Shown here piece by piece: positions 52,787 through 64,000 of a DNA stretch of 64,000 bases (positions are counted from its first letter, which is position 1; every line of letters starts with the position of its first letter). The stretch is from Hemiscyllium ocellatum (taxonomy: Eukaryota), in NCBI RefSeq assembly GCF_020745735.1, contig NC_083429.1, positions 30,857,877 through 30,921,876 on the forward strand, in the 5' to 3' direction. The notes beneath the pieces were generated by a model that saw nothing but the letters and a program-made list of their open reading frames with translations, had not been told where the DNA came from and did not search any database. Position numbers and translations under genes: made by a program.

Positions 52787-52915
52787 TTCCTGAAGAAGGG
52801 CTTATGCCCGAAACGTCGAATCTCCTGCTCCTTGGATGCTGCCTGACCTGCTGCGCTTTTCCAGCAACGCATTTTCAGCTCTGATCTCCAGCATCTGCAG
52901 ACCTCACTTTCTCCC
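52787..52915 (+). mobile_element. Short Penelope pLTR-derived element (second family) with a hammerhead-like motif
   Basis: AUUC-CUGAAGA-A-GGGC(UUAU)GCCC-GAAACGUC-GAAU, then the common pLTR body. Related copies at about 13560, 15905, 18745, 19270, 19805, 23730, 26465 and 57240. Confidence 0.7.
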
Positions 52916-53682
52916 CTTGTATACTATGCCTCTTTCAACATGGCCAAGAGCACAGGATGCTTTACTTACTGCTCTCTCCCCCCGTTCAGCTCCTTCAATG
53001 ATCTGTGCATATGTCCCCGAAAATCCCTCTGCTCCTGCTTCCTTTTTGAATTATAAGCCTTATTTTATATTGTCTCTGGGTGTTCTTCCAACTAAAGTGC
53101 ACCACCTTCCACTTCTCTGCGTCGAACCTCATCTGCCACCTCTCCGTCCGCTCTACAAATCTTTCAATGTTATTTTGAAGTTGCACTAGTCACAATTTAT
53201 AATTCTCCCAAATGCAGTGTCATCTGCAAACTTGGAAATTCTCCCCTGCATCCCGAGCTCCAGAACACCTGGAAATACAATGGATCCCCAGTGCCAATCC
53301 TGGGGAACTGCACTACGATGTTTCTTTAGCCTGAAAAATATCAAATTAATTATTACTGTTTTTCTGATCTAATTGATAGATCAGTTCAAGCAAATAAGGG
53401 GTTTTGTTTGTACAGTTAGAAATTAATAATCAATTTCACCCACGGTTTTAAGTCTTCTCATGTACCCAGACGGTTCTAACTGGAGTGTTCAAAGTGGGAT
53501 TTGAAATCATTCCGAGCAACATTCAAAGGCGGGATCAGCTACTGGGCAGCACAAATACAACGGCAGCATTCAGCTCCTTTTAACCCAAGCTTTCAGCTTT
53601 TAATTTCTCCAAAATAGTTCTCACACGTCACAACGTCAGAATTGTCTGAACACAGGTAGAGAGGGGAAAAAAAACCTCTTCA

Positions 53683-53770
53683 CTTCCCACGTAACTTCCT
53701 TCCTGACAGCAGCTAAAACCCATGGCATTCCGCAGTTGCTGCCGGTTTCGAGCTGAAATATAAATTATTC
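53683..53770 (+). promoter_or_regulatory. Putative promoter of gene B
   Basis: CACTTCC and ACTTCCTTCCTG motifs plus TATAAAT; near-identical to 22420..22510. Confidence 0.35.
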
Positions 53771-53879
53771 CCCGGGCGGGGCATCTGGACTGATGTCTGA
53801 AACCCTCTCAAGGTCAACACTCTTCCTGCTTCAGGTCTGGAGCTGAAACAGTTTTCAGAACGTTCAGAAACTCTGAAAG

Positions 53880-53928
53880 ATGCAGCAGCTGCTGAAACTG
53901 TTTTTCATTTTGCAAACAGCTGTTCGAG
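53880..53928 (+). CDS. Gene B exon 1, signal peptide (MQQLLKLFFILQTAVR-G)
   Basis: ATG at 53880, hydrophobic core, donor G|GTAAGA, phase 1; identical to 22617..22665. Confidence 0.8.
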
Positions 53929-56900
53929 GTAAGATGCTCTGCTCAGGACATTCACTCGGCGCTGGCGCTGTAGGGATAGGATTCCCCCTTTTCGGGTATT
54001 TCAGCTTCTCTATATAGTGTGGAACTGCAGAGAGAGCAAGTGAAACATCACCATGTCACTTGGACAATTTCTGCACTGTTCAAATATCCACATCATGGTG
54101 GTTGGGTTAAACCTCCTGTGTAAAAGTTACATTCCAGTTGAGACGATACTTTGGATACTGATCGTGAATCCTAATGCTCATAGGATTCAGAATATTTAAA
54201 GTTTTTTTTAAGATCTTCAGAAAAAGGGTGGCCTCTCTTTGCAAATTGTTCAAATTGATAGCAGCAGCTTCAGAGAACTGGAAACAAAGATCTCCAAAAG
54301 ATTTTGAATCTTGTTTCATTAAAAGAAGCAAATTCAGACCAGGGGAAAAAAAACACCATTTTAACACAGAAAACTAGGAAACAAACCACCGCAAATCAGA
54401 GAGAAGACACATAAAATTATCATGTTTTTCATAGATGATCCAATGGGTAGAAAATCTCAAATGATGTTGATAATGGTGAACTGCTTTATTCCATCAGGTG
54501 AACCATTCATTGGAGAGGTGACTCAGCCGCGTCTGCTCAGTGTCTTGACAGGAGAATCAGTCACAATAAACTGTACATGGATTTATAATGGAACCAATAA
54601 TGAATGGATCCATGCTAATTTCCAGAGGGAGCCACTACTGGGAAATAAGAACTCCAGTAATAAGAAGTTGACCTGTGTTCGTGATGTTACTCTGGGTAGT
54701 TTCGGTCGCTGTTTCACATCACTGGAGATTGAAAACGTTTCTTTTGATCATTCTCAGTACAATTATATCTGCATGGTGAAGCTACCGAAAGTCTACCCTC
54801 CATTAGAGAGAAGAGGACAAGGAACAAGGTTGCAGATTTACGGTAACGTATTTACATGACAAGTAACAAATAGAAAAACAGTGATAGTACTGAGTTTTCA
54901 TTCATTACGGACACAGCAACATTTGCATCAAGCAATAAGAACATTCAATATCAGACAAAACTATTCAAACAAGCTATTGCTAGCTCAAAAAATGCAGGAA
55001 GTATTCATTGCATGTTTGTAATATTGTTCTCTGAATCAGGTTTGTGATATCTCACCACTGTGAAATTAATGGGGATATATAAAGTTAAGGTTCAGGTTAT
55101 AGTCCAACAGGTTTATTTGGAAGCGACATTTAAACCAACACCGGCATCTCCAAATCATGGAGATATATAGGCCATCACTGATATAAATTTTGCATTTCTG
55201 CCACATTCATTACCTATTCTATTTATTCCATAAGGTATTACCTCCCTCGATTTTATGGAAATTCCTTAAGCTTTATACCTGTTTATCTTTATATGCTCAT
55301 GTAGCTTTTCACAACTTTGTCATCCATTGCTTTGCAATTCCATATAAAATTGAGTACATCTGAAGTTGTTCTACTATTTCAAATGAAAACCAATTATACG
55401 GAATCGATATTTTTTTAACACAGCTAGTAAATGTTGAAAATAGAAAGCCAGTTATTCTGTAAAAGAGGTAGATCTATGGTTTGTTTTAAACCCTTCATCA
55501 AAACCAAATGACATATCAATAGACTACAAATAAATTGGACAAAGCTGTGATAAACTATAAGGATATATCAAATAGAGATTTCAGAAAGTGATTGTGAGAA
55601 TTTCTGTGTAAAGAATGCAATTTCAGGCTAAAAAGGGTTTTCGCAGGAATCACACCCTGTTTTTTGTACTTAATGACATTATATAATATTGATCTAGACA
55701 CAGGAGAGCAATGCCCTAAAGAATAACAAAAAAAGTGTGCAACAATATGTCTTATTATGTCACATATGAAATGAGAAACTTAGTTTGCAGAGAAACAATA
55801 AATTTTGAGGATAGTTTTGTTGATATTATTCACAGTCATTTATGATTCTCAAAAAATTATTTGGGATAATTATTTTCCTCTTGAGTTTCATACCTTGCAG
55901 TGTACTATTTGTGTTGTTATTTTTCTGCTAGTTGTTAATTGACACTCCATAAAAATATTTTATTAATTACATTGTCCAAAGTTATTGCACAAGAAAAGCT
56001 CATACTCCATTAACCTATCAACCATGTGCTCACTGATCAACCCTACTTCCCAATTCTTCAATGCCAAGAATTCTAAATGTTCATTCCTTTTTTCAAATCC
56101 CTCATTGACCAGACCCTCTCTATCTCGGTGATTTTCTCCATCCCAACAATACTCAGATTCTTACATTTCACTTGTTTACCTTGAGTTGCTTTGCCTCACC
56201 ATTGGCAGCTGTATTTTCAACTGCCCAGAATCTGAATTCTAAAGATTTCTCCCCAAACGTCTTATTTTTTAATCTCTCCTCTATTAAAATTCATTCAAAA
56301 CAAACCTCTTTGGTGAAGCTAATGATCTCTTGGCTTCATAGCTATATGCCTCAGTGTCAAATATGTCTAGTATTATTCTGTGAGATACATAGGAGGTTTT
56401 GCTTTATTAAAGGTGCTGTATTATTATAAGTGGGAATAATGTGAAAACCCCTATTGAAATCAATGAAAACACCTGGAAAGAAGCCCACAATACTTGACTC
56501 ATGATTATGACATGTGAATAAAAAGAGCATAAACTCACACACCACCAACTAAACGTTAGCTCAGGACTCTGAATCACATATAGTTTTGTGTCTTGACCCA
56601 CTGTTCCATTAGTGACCGATGTGTGATATGTTTTTGGTCTGCAGACCAATTAGTGCTGAGGATATCCTCTGAAGGCATAGCAACAATGTAAAATTTGAAA
56701 GAGACTCTGCCTGACAGACTATCATTGTGCAGTGGGAGCCACAAAGAGATTGGTGCTCAAAAAGAGATGAAGGGTTGGCTCTATGATGCACTAGGATGAT
56801 GCCTGAGCTGGTAGTTGAATTCTACTAAAGGACAGATTTTTTTCAACACTAAGTAACATTGATGAAGCCTTACATATAACATGTGATACTGAGGCAAATT

Positions 56901-59900
56901 GTAAATTACACACAATTTCTGTCCAATGATATTATTGATTGGAAGCCAGTAGCAGTATCATGAAGATTTCCAATAGCTTCAGTGTCTTCAGCTCTAACTC
57001 CTCTAAATGGCCTTGGACATTCCTGTATGTGTGCCTGTTGTTGATGTCACTACAGTAGAACTACAATATGTAGCCCCAGGGAAATGGGCCCAAAACAGCT
57101 GTTCACAGGCAAACATGAAGAAATGTTACAAAGAGTGACTGAAATATACAATCGACAATTTTGGAAGCATGTTACATTGACCTGGTGCTAATCTCAGCAA
57201 GGAATCTGAAAATGCGTTGATCAACATAAACTCATTTAGGAGGAGAAAGTGAGGTCTGCAGTTGCTGGAGATCACAGCTGAAAATGTGTTGCTGGAAAAG
57301 CGCAGCAGGTCACGCAGCATCCAAGGAACAGGAAATTCGACATAATGCACTATTGAGTTGTCTTACAGTGGCATGACAGTTACCTTATAAGTAAAAGAGA
57401 GGATAGGGATGTGGTATGTGAGTCATTCTGACCAGACAATTGCTATCAAAAAATTGCACTGAAAGCTCCTGACACAGCAGCAAGGTAAAATGATATTAGT
57501 GTAATTCTCTAACACACATTTTGATTTTTGATTCCTTTAACCTAGACAAAAAGCTACTTAACTACAGATGTGTCACTATTTTACCAAAATGACAAATTGT
57601 GTTTCTTTTCTTCTCTATCTCAGAAATGCCTGAAATTTCCATTATTGGTGGTAGTTTGGTTGCTGGACAAAAGTCTGTTCTGACCTGCTCTGCCCAAGGG
57701 TTGTACTCTGAGAATATCTCCTTTACCTGGACCTGTAATGGAATAAACATGATGACAAACATCCCTGTCCCAACCTTGAAAGGAATGGTTCATGGTAAAC
57801 CTAATGCTACCAGCAAATTTGAGATCATCCCTCAAGTGATTGATCATGGAACTGTCTGTACATGTCAGATAAATCATGTTACTTTTAAACAGCCATTAAC
57901 AGAACGGATCAAACTAGATGTTAAGTGTGAGTATGATCTTTAGCATTGTTACCATTTCACAAAAGGTTATGATAAATATATTTACTTTAGATTTTGTCTT
58001 CCTCTTTTTATCTCCTCATCAGTCTCTGCTTACAACTGTGCCATACCCCATACTGTATTGTGAATTTCCCCCGTGTCCGTTTGTCTGTGGTTCCAGATCA
58101 AGTCCCTTCACACTGTTTTGCCTCGTACTAAAGTATTTCTGAATATGCCTTCCATCACCTGACCCATCAAAAATGCCAGTGTAACAGCTTCGTGCTTATC
58201 ACCAAATTTCAGTAATGTCTGTCCACTCACATCTCTGGCATGTTTTGCCCTTTATCTTTATTACCCCTCTTATCTATCCCGTAAAAGCTCCATGCTCTCT
58301 CACCTTTCAAACCTCCACTTATTTTATTGAAACAGAGAAAACAGGAACAAGAGTAGGCCACTGAGCTTGCTTTGCCATTCAATAATCCCTTCAAAAGCTT
58401 TTTGCACTGAGCAGTTTCTCATCTTTGATGATTTTGACCTTCATTGCATTCTTGACCTTTCTCCACCGATTTCACTGCCCTCATGTTGTCTGTTAGCCTT
58501 TCAATTCTGTATATTCCACAATCCATATTCACAGTTGCCAGTCACACTTTCCTGTCTTATGTAACCTCCCTATTTCCCTATCTCGATCACAGGCAATGTA
58601 ATCTCATATTATTTACTTGTATCGCACAATATGTCCACCTTATTTCCACTTCCAGTCTGGTAACCCAATCCTTCTTTTATGGAGAAACGTTCACTTTCGG
58701 TATTGCAATGGCAGTTCCAACTCCTCATTGTCCAAACTTTGTCCTTACATTATTTATCTATTTATGCAGCCAAAAGTCTGATCAGTTATTCCTTCAACTA
58801 TGCCTTTGATGATTATCTTCTCAATACTGTTTTCCACCTTGGTGGTTTCGACAAAGCACCTTCACTGCTTTAAATCCAAAAGGTACAGGTACAAACACAT
58901 AAAATGCACAATTTGTTCAGCTATTCATTGTTAAATGTGATGGCGTCACCATTTCTCAAAAATCTACGTGTCTTCCAATTCCCTTTCTTCTGCGTCAAAC
59001 TATGTCCATCTTTCATATTGCTCCTTGTTTGAACTTTTTCAATTGGGTTTCAATGCCACAGCATGGAATTAAGCCGAATGACAGTCACAAATAACATCGT
59101 TTGTATCTCTCACTCTGGTGTACTCCTCCACTTCAACCTTGTCAACCTTCATGAAGCATGTGACAGCAGCCAGCCACACTAGACTCCTCAAATAGCTTTC
59201 CTCTTTTAGCTAGGTTAGTGTAACTGCCTTCACTTATGCTCACTTGTATCTGTTCTACACCATTATTTCTGGTATTCTCATGAATCTATCTTTGAATTTC
59301 TCCCATCTCTCACCGACACTGCTGACATTATCCTGAGAAACAATGTTAACTTCAAATGTATGCTAACAATATCCAAATTTGGATTGCCATCGCTCACCTA
59401 ACTCCCCCGTGTCCATTTTTTTTTAGTGGTCTACATATCTGAGCTCCAGTTCTGAAAGGGCTGCAATAACCTCGAATTAAAAATTTGAAAGACTTGATTC
59501 CAAGTTTATTAAATTCCATCTATCTTCCCTGATCATTGCCTCATTTTGTTCTATTTTATGCTGACAAGAGTCAGCAGTCCACTCCTGTATCCTTTCCATC
59601 AGAATGACATCTTACTCACAGACTGGTAATATTGTCCATCTCTACTATATATATATATATATATATATATATCCTAACCACACCAAGTTCCACACTCCCA
59701 TGGTGTCACTGCTTACTAACTTTCTTTGGTTTCTAATTCGCCAATCTCTTGATTTTAAAATTCTCATCCTTGCATTCCACTGACTCCGCAGCCTTGTTTC
59801 ACCCCAGCTTTACAATCTCTTACAGCTCTACATCCCTCTAACTTTACCCTCTCCAACCCATAATTGATGCAAAGTCTGCAAGATCACAGAATCATAGAGT

Positions 59901-60407
59901 CATGCAATACAGAAGAGGGCCTCCATCAAGTCTGCACTAGCAAAAAAAATCTATGCTAAATCTTAACTCGTCCCACTTTCCAGCACTAGATCCATAGCCT
60001 GGAATGTTTGAAATTTCAAGTGTTCATCCAAATACTTTTTCAAAGTGCTTTACAAGATTATCTACCTCAACTGCCATCCCAGGTAGTGCAGGCTTCCACT
60101 ACCTTCTAGTAAAAACAAAAATTCCTCAAATCCCTTCTGAACTTCTGCATATTGCCTAAAAAATGGTCCCCTTCTTACTAACATTTTAACTAATCTGAAC
60201 AGCTGCTTTCTATCTGCTCTGTCACTGCCCCTCATAATCTAGCTAGTGTGCTTCCATTTAAACCTGTCGGACTGTAACCTGGTGTTGTGTGATTTTTAAC
60301 TTTGTACCCCAGTCCAACACCGGCATCTCCAAATCATGACCTCATAATCTGATACACCTTATATATCTTGTAGCTGTTAAAGTATGGAATTCCCTCAATG
60401 AACACCC

Positions 60408-60454
<47 letters not shown>

Positions 60455-61608
60455 TTAAGATAACCCTGTCAATCTGCTTCTTTGAACACATTTTTGGGTA
60501 TTGTTCCTTATACTTTCTTCCCTGGCTCAGTCGTTATGTTTGTCTGATTGGACTTCTGTAAAGCAATTTGAAATGTTTTCCTTTTATAGATGCATTATGT
60601 CAATGAAGAATCTTGTTAATTGGCCAGAATGTACCTGCATGTGTGAGAGTAATTATTTATACAAAAAATTAAGTTTGTATTTTCTTTACGTACAGATGGG
60701 CCACTGGAACCAACAATAATGTACAAGTTGAAAGACACTTACCATGTGAAGGCCAGTAACGGTGTAACTGTCCCCAGTAACTCACCTGTGGAACTGAGAT
60801 GCTCTGTGGATAGTAATCCAGTCGCCACTGTAATATGGCTGAAGAATGGAAAAAATTTAACTTCTATGATAGAAAACATAATTCGATTAAACAGTTCGAT
60901 ATTAACGATACCACACTTCCAGCCTAAAGATGCAGGAGTCTATTGGTGTGTGGCAAATAATAGCTATGGCTGGAGAAATGGCAGTGTTTCGTTGATGGCT
61001 TTTCAGAAAGGTAAGAATCCATGTACTAATGCAGGTGTAAATTGTTACAGAATAATTAATTTTACGAAATGGGAGCACAGATTGATTATAGTTAAGATTT
61101 TCTTTATTGATTTCAGAATTTGAAAAATTGAAATATTCATTTACTTAAAGCTGCAGTAAATAATACAGCCTATTCCAGATGGTTAAATATTTACAAATTA
61201 ATAACAATTGACTGTGAATCAATCAATTTTAGCTGTCTGTTTTTTCTGCAGTGGTTTGGAATGTAGTGCAAAGATAATAGACAACTAATATGATGCAGTT
61301 TTATCCATTAACTGCAGTTAGGCATAAAACTTGCAATGTTTTCTGAAGAAATTGACAATGTTTTGTCAAACAAAAATTTAAAGTTTGTAACCTTCTAACA
61401 TTCTCAGAAATATATCCAACCATTTCAAAGATTATACTTGATGTTTAAATTTTATGTCTGTTGCCATTCATCATTACTTCATTTTTAATTATTATTTCAT
61501 TCACAGATCATTTGTTGCTTTACATTCTATCTTCAATCATTGGTGTTATTGGGTTAATCGGTATGATAGCAATATACGTTTGTCTGATCTGGAAGAGACA
61601 ATTGAAAG
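53880..61608 (+). CDS. Gene B: IgSF type I membrane receptor, leader-V(J-like)-C2-C2-TM; join(53880..53928,54498..54842,57624..57926,60696..61010,61507..61608); cytoplasmic exons not located
   Basis: Five exons, each with AG/GT boundaries and phase-1 junctions (49+345+303+315+102 nt). They splice into one stop-free frame: MQQLLKLFFILQTAVRG-EPFIGEVTQPRLL...GQGTRLQIY-EMPEISII...DHGTVCTCQINH...-YGPLEP...LRCSVDSNP...DAGVYWC...-DHLLLYILSSIIGVIGLIGMIAIYVCLIWKRQLK. Confidence 0.85.
54498..54842 (+). CDS. Gene B exon 2, Ig V-set domain with J-like G strand
   Basis: Acceptor CCATCAG. B-strand Cys (INCTW), E-strand SLEIENV, F-strand YIC, G-strand GQGTRLQIY; donor G|GTAACG. Confidence 0.9.
55082..55156. 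mobile_element. 75-nt 5'-inverted Penelope terminus in gene B intron 2
   Basis: 13-nt TSD ATGG(G/A)GATATATA; ends in the family-1 terminus CCGGCATCTCCAAATC. Confidence 0.75.
57624..57926 (+). CDS. Gene B exon 3, Ig C2-type domain resembling Siglec domain 2
   Basis: Acceptor TATCTCAG; VLTCSA...FTW...PQVIDHGTVCTCQINH; donor T|GTGAGT; open frame. Confidence 0.9.
59646..59672. repeat. (TA)n microsatellite
   Basis: Direct reading. Confidence 0.95.
60241..60339 (+). mobile_element. 99-nt Penelope terminal fragment in gene B intron 3
   Basis: 11-nt TSD CCTCATAATCT; sequence matches the family-1 pLTR from AGCTAGTGTG to CATCTCCAAATC. Confidence 0.85.
60411..60452. repeat. (TC)n microsatellite
   Basis: Direct reading. 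Confidence 0.95.
60696..61010 (+). CDS. Gene B exon 4, Ig C2/I-type domain resembling Siglec domain 3
   Basis: Acceptor TACAG; LRCSVDSNPVATVIWLKNG...DAGVYWCVANNSYG; donor G|GTAAGA. Confidence 0.9.
61507..61608 (+). CDS. Gene B exon 5, transmembrane segment with no charged residue
   Basis: Acceptor TTCACAG; LLLYILSSIIGVIGLIGMIAIYVCLIW followed by basic KRQLK; donor G|GTAAAC. Confidence 0.85.
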
Positions 61609-62929
61609 GTAAACATAAAGTAAGTCTTTGGTTATTGGTGTTAACCTTACCATTGACATCAATAGCGAGCTGTAAAAGAATGTGGTTTTCACTAGCCAGT
61701 GTGACAATAGTCATTTGTAGTCATGTGTTTGTAAGTGTTCTTGCTCCCTATGTTATTTTACATGTTCCATTCTCTTCACCATCTCATTTATTCTTTTCAA
61801 ATAAGGCTAAGCTTTACAGATCTTTTGACCAACATTTGAGCCAGACTTTCATTTGTGGGTCGGGTGTAAAGAAGAAGGCAAAGCCCCAGCTCTGAATCTA
61901 ACCTTTAAATAGGTGGCCGTGCATTTCTGATTTTTGCTTGGGGATGTCGGCTGGATTGGGAATTAGGCTGGGTTTCCCAGGAAGAGGTTGCAATTCTTGA
62001 GTTGGACTGGGCAGAAAGCCTGCCCCAGGATGCTGTTGTTGCCAACATTTAAAGATAGAGTTTGACACATAAAGTATCTCTTCTGTTTACCACTGCCCAC
62101 CCCCATCATCCCAGACAGTCTAAGCCCCACCAATGCCATTCTTTGCAACTTAATGCCCTCTACCAATATTTGATGGCCTTCCGTCCCAAGAGTTCCAAGT
62201 TCATGCTTACTTCCACCCACCACTTTTTCCCTCTTTTACAATCATATCAACTCATTGACCATCCACAATGCCCATGCCCAAAGGGAAAATGTAATATTAT
62301 TTAAAGTTCAATGTCAAAGATTACACTGTAGTTAGTAAAGCACTCACACTAATGAAACTATATTTTAACGCACCTTGTCAGGTTTATCCTTGTTGAACTC
62401 CTCATCACTTCTTGAAACTTTTTGACATATCTGGGACATTTTGACAGGTTGACATCTTTTGATAGGTTGGCACTTCTAGATGCCGGCTGACAGCTCTAGA
62501 CACTAATTGACATCCCTTAACAATTCTTTACGAACCCTTGATGCACACCTTCCTCCCCTGCTGATATTCCCAAAGGACTCCTCTGACACCTACACCAATG
62601 ACCAAAAGATCCCCGACTCCACACCTAACGTGTCGACAGTCCATAACTGTAAGGTGTATCTCAGTTCTCCAAAGGGGAAATCATGGCTATCTAAAGGAAA
62701 TACACTGAGGGCACAAATACGCTCTCATGGTCAGCCTCTACAGACTGGGTCCCATATTTCACTGACCCCAAATTTCTATTTCAGTGAGGCATCTGGTTAT
62801 TTAAATGCCCAGCTGCTTCCAGAATCTGCATAAGCATGGTGACTGAACTGAGGCCACTCTGCCACCTGGAGAGATGAGTAGTAACAGATTTGAGTGCAGT
62901 ACTTGTGATGGCAGGCTGCTTCAGCCAGA

Positions 62930-63440
62930 CATATTGGCACTGGAGTGTGTCCACCAGAGATTCACAAGGATGATCCCTGGAATGGTAGGCCTAACATGCG
63001 ATGAACGGCTGAGGATCCTGGGATTGTGTTTGTTATAGTTCAGAAGGTTGAGGGGAGATCTAATATAAACTTACAAGATAATGCATGGCTTAGAAAGGAT
63101 GGACGCAGGGAAATCGTTTCCGTCAGGCGGGGAGACTCGGACCCGTGGGCACAGCCTTTGAATTAGAGGGGGTCAATTTAAAACAGAAATGAGGAGACAT
63201 TTCTTCAGCCAGAGAGTGGTGGGCCTGTGGAATTCACTGCCATGGAGCGCAGTGGAGGCCGGGACGTTAAATGTCTTCAAGGCAGAGATTAATAAATTCT
63301 TAATCTCGCTAGGAATTAAGGGGTACAGGGAGAGTGTGAGTAAGTGGCGTTGAAATGCCCATCAGCTGTCATTGAATGGCAGAGTGGACTGGATGGGCCG
63401 AATGGCCTTGCTTCCACTCCTATTTCTTATGGTCATGGTC
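62930..63440 (+). mobile_element. CR1 3' fragment
   Basis: RFTRMIPGMVGL, FFSQRVVGLWNSLP; CTTATGGTC tail. Confidence 0.8.
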
Positions 63441-64000
63441 TTCTTTTATTTTCGGCACATCAGAAATGCTCAATAACGTGCCGAAAATCTAATGCTCTGA
63501 ATGTCATCACTTGTGTTATGGCTATTGAAACCTGAGTGATTATTTGCTAAACCAGGAAATGAAGTGATAAATTGAATTATTGACAAAATGAGAAATACCA
63601 CATGATTTTGCAAATACTGTATAGTAACATTTTCTATTAATTACAAATTATTTTGCAGCTATGATTGGATTATGGTGCAAGAGGTGACTCTGACCATGCA
63701 CCAATTTACTTTTATTTCAGTAACTTTCAAACTTCATTCATGGGTTAGGGGCATTACTGGCTGCATCAGCATTTCTTACCTCTCCCTAAATGCCCTTGAG
63801 AAAGTGATAGTCACTGCCTTCTTGAACCACTGCAGTCCATTTGATGTAGGGTGATCCACATATTGTTACGGGGGGAGTTCTGGAATTTTGACCCAGCAAA
63901 ACAACGATATATTTCCAAGTGAATTGAATTGAGCTGAATGAACTTTATTGTCACAGGTACTCAAATGAGGACAGTGAAAAGGTAACAGTCGTCATTTACA

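Larger units (their letters stand above)
52010..53340 (-). mobile_element. CR1 3' fragments hosting pLTR insertions
   Basis: IERFVE.TERWQM.F.AEK.KV.HF translation; CR1 tail. Confidence 0.65.

Noticed and set aside
54498-54842. Calling the gene a TCR, Ig, NAR or a named Siglec
   Set aside because: The J-like motif is germline-joined with no RSS or C1 domains seen, and the Siglec essential Arg is absent; no symbol can be justified.
63464-63492. Candidate gene B terminal exon (E-MLNNVPKI*)
   Set aside because: Only a modest acceptor next to a CR1 tail; no homology to the other candidate tails.
1-64000. CRISPR arrays, rRNA, prokaryotic operons
   Set aside because: Eukaryotic intron-exon and retrotransposon landscape; no regular repeat-spacer structure seen.

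Overview
Eukaryotic, repeat-rich DNA. The repeat families (HE1-like tRNA SINEs, CR1, Rex1, RTE, Penelope-like elements, a Gypsy-like LTR element) point to a cartilaginous fish, probably a shark (inference). The only host genes I can support form a small cluster of immunoglobulin-superfamily type I membrane receptors with phase-1 exons: leader, V-set domain ending in a germline J-like GQGTRLQI motif, two Siglec-like C2 domains, and a TM exon. Copy B (53.9-61.6 kb, +) is open through a neutral TM exon; its cytoplasmic tail was not located. A second plus-strand set has an almost identical leader and V (22.6-23.6 kb) but divergent C2-C2-TM exons (40.3-42.7 kb) with stops. Its TM exon reads like a decayed Arg-containing activating-type TM, followed by a candidate short tail. 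There is also an inverted pseudogene fragment (13.7-18.7 kb) and an orphan 3' module (19.5-20.4 kb). Together this looks like a paired activating/inhibitory receptor locus with a homogenised ligand-binding end. Other notable items: Penelope elements carrying minimal hammerhead ribozymes, ~75-200 bp Penelope-derived insertions with 11-15 bp TSDs, a Gmr1-like (integrase before RT) LTR retrotransposon, a solo LTR, and a decayed tRNA-Leu. All identities and counts are by-hand comparisons; no database search was run.
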